Below, piece by piece: positions 19,595-29,308 of a DNA stretch of 64,000 bases; the stretch's first letter is position 1; every line of letters begins with the position of its first letter. The DNA lies in NCBI GenBank assembly GCA_019057385.1, contig JAHQJS010000004.1:544001-608000 (forward strand). Direction: 5' to 3'. The stretch comes from Candidatus Borrarchaeum weybense. Lineage in GTDB: Archaea > Asgardarchaeota > Sifarchaeia > Borrarchaeales > Borrarchaeaceae. The position numbers and the translations under genes were made by a program. The notes under the pieces are model-generated. The model ran no database searches, was not told where the DNA came from, and worked only from the letters and a program-made list of their open reading frames with translations.

Positions 19595-20740
19595 ATGCTA
19601 GAAACAGAATGTAAACGATTGTTCCTTTCTGGGAATGAAGCGCTGTGTGAGGGGGCTCTTTATGCAGGATGCGACTTTTATGCAGGATACCCGATTACAC
19701 CCGCGTCAGAAATCATTGAAATTTTATCTAAGCGCATGCCGGCATTAGGAAGAGTATCGATGCAACTTGAAGACGAAATAAGTTCACTCGCGGCAGTCAT
19801 TGGGGCATCTCTAGCAGGGGCAAAAGCAATGACGGCTACTTCTGGTCCTGGTGTGTCTTTAATGTTAGAGAATTTAGGTTTGGCGGTTATGTGTGAGGTT
19901 CCGCTCGTTTTAGTAAATATTATGCGCGGGGGTCCAAGTACAGGGCTGCCGACAAAACCGGCACAGGGAGACGTTATGCAGGCTAGATATGGATCTCATG
20001 GAGATTATGAACTTGTAGCATTGATTCCTAATTCTGTACAAGAATCATTTGACTTAATAATAGATGCATTTAACATATCAGAAATGCTTAGGACTCCTGT
20101 AATCCTCTTATCTTCGGCAGATGTCGCACATATGCGAGAGACGGTTTTCATTCCTGAAGAAGGTACAATTCCTATAATTAATCGAAGAGTACCTTCCAAA
20201 GAAAAGACTGATTTCAAACCTTTTGATAACAACTCACATGATTTAGTACCACCTATGCCTATTTTCGGTTCAGGTTATAACACACATTACACGGGTCTCA
20301 CACATGACGAATATGGTTTCCCTTCTGATGACCCCGTAGTTCATACCAAATTAATTGAACGTCTTAAGAATAAAATTACAAATAAAATCGATGAGATTAC
20401 AAAAATAGACACAAAATATCTAGAAGATGCTGAATTAATTGTCATCTCGTACGGAAGTCCCTCAAGAGCAGCTCTTCAAGCAATTATGGATGCTAGGAAT
20501 GAAGGACTAAAGGTTGGATATATTCGCTTGATTACTCTTTGGCCATTTCCTCTAGATATACTTAAAAAACTGTGTGAAAGTGCCAATAAACTTCTCGTGT
20601 TAGAATTAAACATGGGTCAAATTGTAAATCAAGTTCGTTTGCTTGGTAACGAAAATGTTTACTTCTATCCTAAACTTGGGGGCACATTATATACACCCAT
20701 TGAAATTTTGTCAGAAATACGGCGGTGTCTGAAAAAATGA
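19595..20740 (+). CDS. korA: 2-oxoacid:ferredoxin oxidoreductase alpha subunit
   Basis: GNEA, AGYPITP, EDEI, ATSGPG, RGGPSTGLPT motifs. Confidence 0.92.
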   Translation: MLETECKRLFLSGNEALCEGALYAGCDFYAGYPITPASEIIEILSKRMPALGRVSMQLEDEISSLAAVIGASLAGAKAMTATSGPGVSLMLENLGLAVMCEVPLVLVNIMRGGPSTGLPTKPAQGDVMQARYGSHGDYELVALIPNSVQESFDLIIDAFNISEMLRTPVILLSSADVAHMRETVFIPEEGTIPIINRRVPSKEKTDFKPFDNNSHDLVPPMPIFGSGYNTHYTGLTHDEYGFPSDDPVVHTKLIERLKNKITNKIDEITKIDTKYLEDAELIVISYGSPSRAALQAIMDARNEGLKVGYIRLITLWPFPLDILKKLCESANKLLVLELNMGQIVNQVRLLGNENVYFYPKLGGTLYTPIEILSEIRRCLKK

Positions 20741-21651
20741 TGGAAACAGCTCAAAAAGAAACTAAAGAACGGGAAAAACACCCACTTCAGAAATATTTCA
20801 GAAAAGAACGTTTCCCAACAATGTTCTGTCCTGGTTGTGGTAACGGAATTGTTATGAGTGCTGTTATGCGGGCAATTGACAACCTAACAAATTTTAACGT
20901 CGACAACACGGTTTTTGTGTCAGGTATTGGTTGTGCAGGGCGTATTCCCGGTTATATTTTAGCTGATTCTGTACATACTACACATGGTAGAGCGATACCC
21001 GTAGCTACTGGCATTAAGATGTTCAACCCAGATTTAGAGATAGTTGTTTTTGGCGGAGACGGAGACATTACCGCCATAGGGGGCAATCATCTTTTACATG
21101 CGGCACGTCGCCACATAGATTTAACTGTTGTGTGCGTAAATAATCTCAACTACGGACTCACTGGTGGTCAATTTTCTCCCACAACACCCGCTGGGGCATC
21201 TACTTACACCACACCTTATGGCAATATAGAAGGTTTTTTCGATTTTGCAGAACTTGTATCCCTTGCAGGGGCTGCGTATTCAGCACGATGGACAACGAAC
21301 TACCCCCGTAGAATTACGAAGAGTGTTGAAAAAGCTCTTCTCAAAAAGGGTTTTGCATACGTCGAAGTGGTTTCACAATGTCCAACTTCTTTTGGAAGGC
21401 ATAATGTATCCGCAAAGCCAAAAGAACTCATGGAATGGCTTAAATCAAACTCAATTCGTGTTGACGAAGTTAGAGATCAGTGCATGTCAAGAAGTGATGT
21501 CGAGGGCAAACTTGTTATTGGTGAGTTCATAGATGTTGAGTTACCAGAGTTGACCGAAGAATATAAAAAATTAATCGAAGGCATAAAAGACGGCACAATA
21601 AAAGCTAAGAAGCCACGATTAGATTGGCTCGAACTAGCGATACGTGCATAA
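20725..21651 (+). CDS. korB: 2-oxoacid:ferredoxin oxidoreductase beta subunit
   Basis: FCPGCG, SGIGC, HGR, GGDGD...NN TPP motif, YGLTGGQ. The start may be ATG 20737. Confidence 0.92.
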   Translation: MSEKMMETAQKETKEREKHPLQKYFRKERFPTMFCPGCGNGIVMSAVMRAIDNLTNFNVDNTVFVSGIGCAGRIPGYILADSVHTTHGRAIPVATGIKMFNPDLEIVVFGGDGDITAIGGNHLLHAARRHIDLTVVCVNNLNYGLTGGQFSPTTPAGASTYTTPYGNIEGFFDFAELVSLAGAAYSARWTTNYPRRITKSVEKALLKKGFAYVEVVSQCPTSFGRHNVSAKPKELMEWLKSNSIRVDEVRDQCMSRSDVEGKLVIGEFIDVELPELTEEYKKLIEGIKDGTIKAKKPRLDWLELAIRA

Positions 21652-21838
21652 TATTAAACTCCTCTTTCCTTTCGGAAAGGTTTTTCTCGCAGATATCAGC
21701 TAGACTTTTTATACGTTTTAAATTTCAAAGTATAGAAAGTCATACTCTTTTTATATGATTTTTCGGATTACCATTACGTGAGAGAATCACCTGTAAGAAG
21801 CATGATGATTAAAACCTAGGACTCTGAGAGGACAAACA

Positions 21839-23371
21839 ATGGCTGATAAAGTTAAAGACGTCCCCCGCAAGCTATTGGATGGCTATCTTAAAAAGTTGGA
21901 AACACAAGGAGAAATAGATTCTGCCTTCATACGTGAGTCTGTATGGAACGCCAATTGGAAGGAAGAATTACAAACATATCTTTCTTCAAAATCTATGCAA
22001 TTCTTAGAAAATATTCGAACTATGGATGAATTACTTGAAAAAATAAAAGAGGTTAATATGAACATAGTTGAAGGAAAACTAAGTGCAGAGATGGCAGAAG
22101 TCTTAGTTAGCTATGCAAAGACTTTAGATGCAATTTCACAATTTCAGGGCTATGAAGATGTCTACGTAGCTTATGAGATCAACGATCCGGTCACTGGCAA
22201 AATGATCCCTATTCAGGACGAGTATTTGGATATCGCTGTAGCCTTAAGAACCGCAGCAATAGTTTTTGAAGATTTAGTCATTAATTTGCTGCAGAAATCA
22301 CAGTTATCCTCAGAGATTTATGATCGCGTTTCTAATTTATATTTAAAAGCATCTAATCTTTTTCATACATCATCACTTTATTCTTCTTTATTAACAGGTC
22401 AATCTATTCCTGAATGTCTCTTATCAGATCATTTAGAAGCACATGCCTTATGTGCAAGGGCTGAAGCACAACATATTTTAGCTGTAAAAGAAGATAGAGC
22501 CCAGAATTTTGCTCATGCCGCCCAAATTTATGCTGGAGCATCAATTCTTTTTAAGAATGCATCTAACCTTTTTTTGGTTAAGAATAATTCTGAAGAAGCT
22601 AATGGTCGATCAAAATTTGAACTAGGATATTCATGTAACTCTATGGCATTAGCTACTGTAAATGACGACCCCTGTGAAGCTATTGGATATTGGAAACGTG
22701 CTATGCATCATTTTGAGACTGGCTCGCGTTTGTTTCCCTCAGATCGTATTGATGAAATGTCAACAACTGCAAACAATTTGATAACGACACTTGAACAAAA
22801 TCTAAACATGGCCAGTAAAAATTGTGTAGGAACTCCATATTCAGCCGAAGATGTTACTGATTTTGAGGCTAAAGTAGTCGCAAGTGAACCACAGCCAATC
22901 ATCCAACCTAAACGAGGTCAGCCTTCCATAATAGTAGAGCAACCTGTAGAACAGCCTGTTATAACAGAAGAGGCAGTCGAAGTAGAAGATGCAGTTGAAG
23001 TAGAAGAAACCAGAGTAGAAGAAACCAGAGCAGAAAAAGCCAGAGTAGAAAAAGCAGTTGTAGTTGAGAAACTGGCTGAACGTATTGAACTGGGTGCGCC
23101 TCTTGCGGAAGAATCAGTAAGTGAATCTGGCGTAACACCAATAGTCCCTATCCCTGGAACGCGTTATGCTGCACAACTTCAAGCAGAAGGAGGCGGAAAA
23201 TATATTCTAAAAGTCTTTGCTGGAAAAGAATTGAAGAAGGAAGTCAATTTACGATCTACAGGGCACTACGATATTATGGGGAGTATAGCAAGTTCTGTAT
23301 CCCTCAATATATCTCCACATATCCTGAGCAAGGTCGCACTTTCCCTTAAAAAACTGTTGCAACAAACTTAG
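21839..23371 (+). CDS. Bro1/ALIX-like helical domain protein with Pro/Glu-rich linker
   Basis: By-eye alignment to Bro1 consensus blocks (NWKEELQTYL, EVLVSYAKTL, INDPVT, YLKASNLF, LCARAEAQ, EAIGYW). Confidence 0.55.
   Translation: MADKVKDVPRKLLDGYLKKLETQGEIDSAFIRESVWNANWKEELQTYLSSKSMQFLENIRTMDELLEKIKEVNMNIVEGKLSAEMAEVLVSYAKTLDAISQFQGYEDVYVAYEINDPVTGKMIPIQDEYLDIAVALRTAAIVFEDLVINLLQKSQLSSEIYDRVSNLYLKASNLFHTSSLYSSLLTGQSIPECLLSDHLEAHALCARAEAQHILAVKEDRAQNFAHAAQIYAGASILFKNASNLFLVKNNSEEANGRSKFELGYSCNSMALATVNDDPCEAIGYWKRAMHHFETGSRLFPSDRIDEMSTTANNLITTLEQNLNMASKNCVGTPYSAEDVTDFEAKVVASEPQPIIQPKRGQPSIIVEQPVEQPVITEEAVEVEDAVEVEETRVEETRAEKARVEKAVVVEKLAERIELGAPLAEESVSESGVTPIVPIPGTRYAAQLQAEGGGKYILKVFAGKELKKEVNLRSTGHYDIMGSIASSVSLNISPHILSKVALSLKKLLQQT
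23000..23055 (+). repeat. In-frame 15-bp tandem repeat (about 4 units)
   Basis: GTAGAAGAAACCAGA x2, GCAGAAAAAGCCAGA, GTAGAAAAAGC; encodes VEETR/AEKAR units. Confidence 0.9.
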
Positions 23372-23512
23372 TCTCAAAGAAAATCAGACATCCGTTGTAT
23401 TTTCCTATTAACTACTTCTTTTTTTCAGTATGATCATAACTATCCTTTAATTTGAACTAGTTCTCAAAAGATACCATTTTCAACTGTTTCTGATCTCTAA
23501 ATAAGTTTTCTC

Positions 23513-23670
23513 TGGGCACTTACAACAAATATGCCCCGTATTTTTTAGACCCTTTGTGATAATCTTGGGTGTCTACTCTTACGCGCGCGAAACGGTAAGA
23601 TTCCAACTCGCTACCCCCACACAAAGTCAATCTTCAACACATGACCTCCACCCATGACTGACCTTACCTA
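23513..23670 (-). ncRNA. Candidate structured RNA divergent from the histone gene
   Basis: GGTAAGGT/ATCTTACC, GTCAGTC/GATTGAC, TAGAC(A)CCC/GGGTCTA and GGGCAT/GTGCCC helices; G-U pairs favour the minus strand; TATA-like CTTATAAA lies ~25 nt upstream. Confidence 0.4.
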
Positions 23671-23800
23671 CTTGTACTGGAAAACCAAATAATTTATAAG
23701 GAAGTGATGCTGTATAAAAGATTTGGACACAACCTAAATTTAGGTAGTGTTCAAAGAAAAGTATTGAACACATAGATCCAAATATTTGGAGGAAATATAT

Positions 23801-24001
23801 ATGGCTAGATTGGCAATTGCCCCAGTTCGAGACCTTATGAAAGAGACCGGTGCAAAATTAGTCGCGAAAGACGCTGTAATGAAATTAGTTGAATATTTAG
23901 AGGGCCAAATTGAAGCTATCACTTCAAAGGCTGTTGGACTCGCAAAACACGCCGGCCGAAAGAAGGTCATGATGAGTGACATCAATCTTGCAATAAAGTA
24001 G
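23801..24001 (+). CDS. Archaeal histone (HMf/HTk type, no tail)
   Basis: LAIAPVRDLMKETGAKLVAKDA...AKHAGRKKV...D histone fold; GGAGG at 23788-23792. Confidence 0.95.
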   Translation: MARLAIAPVRDLMKETGAKLVAKDAVMKLVEYLEGQIEAITSKAVGLAKHAGRKKVMMSDINLAIK

Positions 24002-24265
24002 TTGAGATAAACTCGTCTAAACTTCTTTTTTTTTCCTTTTTTTCCTTATAATCTTTAGATCAAGTGTTACAATTTCAAAAACAAATATTGTTTGGTCTTT
24101 TTAGAAACTACAGCATATTAGTTCTTTAATTCAATTAAACTAATTCAAGAAAACCAAGACAAAAGCCAATACAAATATATCTTGATCTGTGCTACTGAAG
24201 AACAGTTCCTTGTATAACAGTGTTTGTTTTTCGTAATCTCTAAATTAGTTTGGTTGGAATATAAT

Positions 24266-24997
24266 ATGAAACATTATCTGAGAATCGGTGGTGTCGTTGA
24301 ATTATCAACAGTTGACATCCCCCAACGAGCATGTAGTGTGGTTTTTTTAGCAGGCTGTAACTTCGATTGTGTTTTCTGCCAAAACTCGACATTAATTCCA
24401 GTTAATTCAGGCGAATTAATAGAACTCACTAAGTTATTAAATGTGATTTACAAGAATATCCTGATAGATTCTGTTTCAATTACCGGTGGTGAACCCCTTT
24501 TACAACCTACGTTAATTCCTCTCTGTCAGGAATTAAAAAAAAGTTTCTATGTAAGCGTGGATACCAATGGATCACTTCCGAGGGTAACATCTGAACTTGT
24601 TAATATTGTAGATCGAATCGCCTTAGACTTAAAATGTGAATTTTCCCGCTATACATCGATCACTCAGACATCTTCGAATACATTAGAAAATGTTATGCAG
24701 AGTTTTAATATAATTAACTCTTCAAGCGTTGTCGATTTTGAAGTGAGAACAACGGTTGTTCCTGAGCTTATTATGAAAGATGACATTGAAGCAATCTCAA
24801 GATTTTTAGCTAGTCATTCTTTTCGCGGCGTATACGTATTACAGCAGTTTTGGAACGAAGGAGATGTACGAGAACTAAAAAATATAACCTCTCCAACAAG
24901 AAATAAACTAATTGAGTTAGCAGAAGTATCAATAAATCAGGGTGTGCAAAAGGTTGCAATAAGAACACGAGAAAAAGGATACGAACTCATTTCATAA
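24266..24997 (+). CDS. Radical SAM protein, NrdG-like anaerobic RNR activase
   Basis: GCNFDCVFCQN, ITGGEP, DTNGS, EVRTT motifs. Confidence 0.85.
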   Translation: MKHYLRIGGVVELSTVDIPQRACSVVFLAGCNFDCVFCQNSTLIPVNSGELIELTKLLNVIYKNILIDSVSITGGEPLLQPTLIPLCQELKKSFYVSVDTNGSLPRVTSELVNIVDRIALDLKCEFSRYTSITQTSSNTLENVMQSFNIINSSSVVDFEVRTTVVPELIMKDDIEAISRFLASHSFRGVYVLQQFWNEGDVRELKNITSPTRNKLIELAEVSINQGVQKVAIRTREKGYELIS

Positions 24998-25046
24998 GCA
25001 ATGACGTTGAAAAATAAAAGAAAATTGGAAAAAAAGTTACAAAAAT

Positions 25047-27440
25047 CTATAGGATTTTTAGTTTGCCGATGTTGTTTAGCGTTTGAGTCATCTCTTCAAC
25101 GGCTCTAGTGAATACATTAACCTCTGCGCAGTCAACGAAATACATTTTGAGACGTTCTTCGCTGATACCCATTTGACCAAGTAATATTTGGAGCAGATTT
25201 ACTCGGAGGTCACCGATTTCACTGCCTTTAAGGAAGTGACACCTCTCTTTTAGACAACCAATTACAAGCACGCCATCTGCTCCCTCTTGTAGTGTTGAAA
25301 GAACTAACTGTGGGTCAACACGAGAGATACAGGGTACCCGTACAATGTAAACACTAGGATCATATTGAAGCCCCATAAAACCTGCTTCATCTGAAGTACC
25401 ATATGCACATTCATCGCAAAGGAATGCAATAACTTTCTTTTCAGTACCAGCATTGTATAGTAGACTATTGATTTCAGCCTTTAGTTGTTCTTCAGAGTAG
25501 AACTTGAAACTGATCGCTGCAGATGGACAAGCTGAAACGCATAGACCACATGCATAGCATTTAGCATCTAAGACTTCAGCAGGTCCTAACTCGCCATCTT
25601 CTTTTACTCCCATCTCTATGGCGGAAAAAGGACATACTTGCTCACAAATTCTGCAGGTGCTGCATTTCTCTTGGTCTACCCAGGCTGTGACCTTATCTTT
25701 CTCCATTTCGCGGGTTTGCATGAGCTTGGCAGCCCTGATGCTCGCTGTACCCGAATATGCCATCGTAGTTGGTATGTCCATCGGTGTTATTGCACAACCG
25801 GTTGCAAATATTCCTGCAACGTTCGTCTCGACGGGGCGAACTTTAGGATCAAGAGGTTTAATGAAGCCATATTCATCCAGTTCAACACCTAACATCTTAG
25901 CAAGTTCTGTAGACCCTTTGGAAGGAACCATTGCCATTGATAAAACCACTACATCAGTCTCAAGAATATTAAATTCCCCAGTTAACGTATTCTCAACTTC
26001 TACGAGCAGTTTCTCGGTTCTCTGATCATCAACCACATAACTTGGTTTTCCTCTCAGGAAGACCACACCTAATTCTCTTGCCTTTCGATAGTATTCCTCA
26101 TAGTTCTTGCCAACTGGACGGATATCCATATAGCATATCGTTATGTCGATCTCTGGATGTTTCTCTTTGATCATTATACTGTGTTTTAATGCAATCATAC
26201 AGCATGCATTTGAGCAGTATGGCATATGTGCTTCATCTCTGCTTCCAGCACATTGGATCATCACGACTTTTTGAGGCATGTCTTGATTCGATAGCCTATA
26301 GGGCTCACCAAAAGATGGACCGGTTGGATCTAACATCCTCGCCAACTGAAGTTGAGTGACAACATCTGGAAACATTCCATAACCGTAATTCAGCTTTTTA
26401 GCATCATATTCTGCAAAACCAGTGGCCATTATAACTGTTCCAAAGGTTTTCTCTACTGTTTTACTTTTTTCTTCTAGATCAATAGCGTTTGTTGGGCAAA
26501 CTTCCACACATTTTCCGCACCATATACATGTGTCTGGATCAATTACGTAATATGGCGGAATAGATTGTGGGAATGGGCGGTAAATTGCCTTTCTTTTAGT
26601 TAGAAAAAAATTAAAACTATTGTCTGCTTCGATAGGGCACACATCTACACATTTATTGCAGTTAATACAATGTTCATTTACATATCTTGGTTTCTTTTCC
26701 AAAGTTACCTTAAAGTGTCCGACTTGACCTTTAACATTCTTTACTTCTGTATTTGTTAAAATCTCCAATTTGTCAAGTGAGCCAAGTCCACCGCGATAGA
26801 AGCATCTTCGGGGTCCTCCAATGTCGTATCCGACTGAACCGGAAGAGCGTACGCAAAGAGAGCAATCATCAGTTGGGTAAACTGTTCCTAATTGAAGCAT
26901 TCTCCCACCTATTGAAGGGCGACGTTCAACCAGTGTGACGTCAAATCCAAGATCAGTTAATTCTTGTGCAGCGGTTTCTCCAGCAATTCCACCGCCAATA
27001 ATTAGTGTAGAAGGTTGTATCGGAATCTTTATTTTCTCAATGGCTTCAGCCTTTTCCAGCTTCGCCACAGCAGCTAAAATCAATGTTTTAGCTTTTTCTG
27101 TTGCTTCTTTTGGCATGTCTCTATGTACACGAACAACATGATTCTCTAAGTTTACCATTGCTAACGAACTGTATTTATTCATGCCTAATTCTTCGATAAC
27201 CATCCTAAATGTCGGCTCATATGCCTTGGGTGAGCACGCAGCAATCACAATTTTTTCTAAATTATTTTCGGTAATCATTTGTTTGATCGTTTCTAAGCCA
27301 GATGTCATACAAAAGTCAGCTTTTCTTAGTATTACAGAGAATTTGCCTGAATCTCGCATAGCTTGTTCAATAGAATCGAAATCAAGTACATCTACAAACT
27401 TACCAAAACAATCGCAAAGTGCAAGACCAATTTTCGTCAA
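25047..27440 (-). CDS. hdrA: Heterodisulfide reductase subunit A fused to a C-terminal MvhD domain
   Basis: AACSP, GGGIAG, PTDDCSLC, ferredoxin repeats, QCAGSRD...YCSNACC; MvhD motifs LCDEC, VPCISR and GCLKERCH. Confidence 0.93.
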   Translation of the reverse strand: MTKIGLALCDCFGKFVDVLDFDSIEQAMRDSGKFSVILRKADFCMTSGLETIKQMITENNLEKIVIAACSPKAYEPTFRMVIEELGMNKYSSLAMVNLENHVVRVHRDMPKEATEKAKTLILAAVAKLEKAEAIEKIKIPIQPSTLIIGGGIAGETAAQELTDLGFDVTLVERRPSIGGRMLQLGTVYPTDDCSLCVRSSGSVGYDIGGPRRCFYRGGLGSLDKLEILTNTEVKNVKGQVGHFKVTLEKKPRYVNEHCINCNKCVDVCPIEADNSFNFFLTKRKAIYRPFPQSIPPYYVIDPDTCIWCGKCVEVCPTNAIDLEEKSKTVEKTFGTVIMATGFAEYDAKKLNYGYGMFPDVVTQLQLARMLDPTGPSFGEPYRLSNQDMPQKVVMIQCAGSRDEAHMPYCSNACCMIALKHSIMIKEKHPEIDITICYMDIRPVGKNYEEYYRKARELGVVFLRGKPSYVVDDQRTEKLLVEVENTLTGEFNILETDVVVLSMAMVPSKGSTELAKMLGVELDEYGFIKPLDPKVRPVETNVAGIFATGCAITPMDIPTTMAYSGTASIRAAKLMQTREMEKDKVTAWVDQEKCSTCRICEQVCPFSAIEMGVKEDGELGPAEVLDAKCYACGLCVSACPSAAISFKFYSEEQLKAEINSLLYNAGTEKKVIAFLCDECAYGTSDEAGFMGLQYDPSVYIVRVPCISRVDPQLVLSTLQEGADGVLVIGCLKERCHFLKGSEIGDLRVNLLQILLGQMGISEERLKMYFVDCAEVNVFTRAVEEMTQTLNNIGKLKIL

Positions 27441-27486
27441 TTTATTTCACCTTAATTTAAATCATTTTTCTGAGGATAATGAAAGA

Positions 27487-28410
27487 TTATATAGCTGGTA
27501 CTGCTACAGCATCAATTTTTTCTAACAGTGGTTTTACTTTAATTCTGTGACGTTTGAAGTCGAATTCTTTTGGATCAATGCCGAATGATAAGCCAAGCAG
27601 CTGAGGATAGTAAAGCACGGAGATTTGGTATGGGACATCATATGAATCTTTGAAAGCTTTTGAGGCCATTTCTTGACCTAAATCGAACTGCAAGAAGCAG
27701 AACGGACATAGCACAGACATACAATCTGCGCCTACGCGAGCCACTTGTCTTAGTTTTTCCATAACCATCTCTGCAGCTACATTACCGTCAAGAGATTTTG
27801 TTCCTGCCCCACAGCAGTAATCTCGCCTGAGGTACATGACTGAAGTAGCTCCAGTAGCTTCTATAAGTTCATCAAACTTTGTCGGGTTGTGGGGGTCATC
27901 AAAAGCAAGAATCTCACTTGGTCGTAATAAATGACAACCGTAGTGAGCGGCAACCTTTATATTGTCCAATTTTTTTACTACGTTCCGTTTCAATTTATCT
28001 AAGCCTATATCTTCATAGAAAAATTGAGATATGTGTTTTACTTCTACAGTGCCTTTGTATTCTCGCCCTACTTTGCCTAGATGTTTGTTTACCTTCTCCA
28101 TTAGTTTAGGTTCATGTTTTAACTTCACACTAGCAGTTTTTAGTGATTCAAAACAACCAGTACAAAGTGTCATTATATCCATGTTCTGTTCTTCAGCAAC
28201 GGTTAAATTACGAGTTGCAAGGGTGAGCCACGTCATATTGTCCATACCTGGGAAACCAATTGGCTCTGGGCAACAGCCGAACCCTTCGATGTCATGAATT
28301 AAGTTCTCACTGTCAAGATGATTTACAACTCTTCTAAATGAATATTCAAGATGTGGAAGTCTGTTTGGTACCATACAACCAAGAAAAAGTGCATATTCTT
28401 TTTCTGTCAT
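27487..28410 (-). CDS. hdrB: Heterodisulfide reductase subunit B
   Basis: FLGC, GCCP, CTGC, HYGCH, CCG, CPFC CCG-domain motifs. Confidence 0.95.
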   Translation of the reverse strand: MTEKEYALFLGCMVPNRLPHLEYSFRRVVNHLDSENLIHDIEGFGCCPEPIGFPGMDNMTWLTLATRNLTVAEEQNMDIMTLCTGCFESLKTASVKLKHEPKLMEKVNKHLGKVGREYKGTVEVKHISQFFYEDIGLDKLKRNVVKKLDNIKVAAHYGCHLLRPSEILAFDDPHNPTKFDELIEATGATSVMYLRRDYCCGAGTKSLDGNVAAEMVMEKLRQVARVGADCMSVLCPFCFLQFDLGQEMASKAFKDSYDVPYQISVLYYPQLLGLSFGIDPKEFDFKRHRIKVKPLLEKIDAVAVPAI

Positions 28411-29007
28411 TTAGGCTTCCTCCTTTTTCTCTTTTTCCAATTTCTCCATTCGCGCTTTTGCTTCCTCTGCTATTTGTCGTTCTTTTTCTTTCTCCATTTC
28501 TTCGTTTCGCATTACCATGTCTTTTATTCCTGTTGATTCTGCCAAAGCACGGATTTCGTCGGCTGGCGCTTCAGGAACTTCGGGTAATCCTAACTTCTCC
28601 CTTCTTCTATTTATTGCGCTACTGGGAGGAACGACCTGCCCTGTTTCCAATAGGTTTTTTACTTCACCAACCAAATGTGCAGGAATGTTGCCAATTTTTG
28701 ACGCTAAGTTCCTGATGTGTGATAAAATTTCACTCAACTCTACACCTTGCGGGCACTGCTCGGTACACGCGTGGCAGAGCCCACAGAACCAGAGATTTGT
28801 ATCCTTGATAATTTCGTCCTTTAGACCGACTAAAACCTCTTGTACGATCCTTCTGGGATTATAAACCTTAGAATATTTGAATGAGGGACAAAAAGCAGCA
28901 CAGGTTCCGCACTGGTAACAATTCTTCAAATGTTCGCATTCAGGTAACTTTGTGAGTTCTTTTATAAATTCATGATTGATCTTTATCTGTTTAGGTCTAG
29001 CTACCAT
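28411..29007 (-). CDS. hdrC: Heterodisulfide reductase subunit C
   Basis: CYQCGTCAAFCP and CGLCHACTEQCP. Confidence 0.95.
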   Translation of the reverse strand: MVARPKQIKINHEFIKELTKLPECEHLKNCYQCGTCAAFCPSFKYSKVYNPRRIVQEVLVGLKDEIIKDTNLWFCGLCHACTEQCPQGVELSEILSHIRNLASKIGNIPAHLVGEVKNLLETGQVVPPSSAINRRREKLGLPEVPEAPADEIRALAESTGIKDMVMRNEEMEKEKERQIAEEAKARMEKLEKEKKEEA

Positions 29008-29308
29008 GATTTCTTCCTCCTAAATCCTTTTTTGAACTCTAAAAGGGTATTTCGATAACTTGTTTTATTATTGTAAAAACGATTTTTAGCTTCTCGTCAC
29101 AATTACATTGATCAAGTTAATTATCAGTCAATGTGAACTAATTACTTTGATTTATTACCTTTTCTCTTGGCGCATAAAAGAATAAAGAATCTATCATAAT
29201 CGTTCATTTTGGATTCCTAAATGCGCTAAGCTATTTTTAAACTAAAAAAAAGACCCTATCAATCTGTAATTACATTTTCGCGTGAATTGCAATATCGAAT
29301 CTAAGGAC

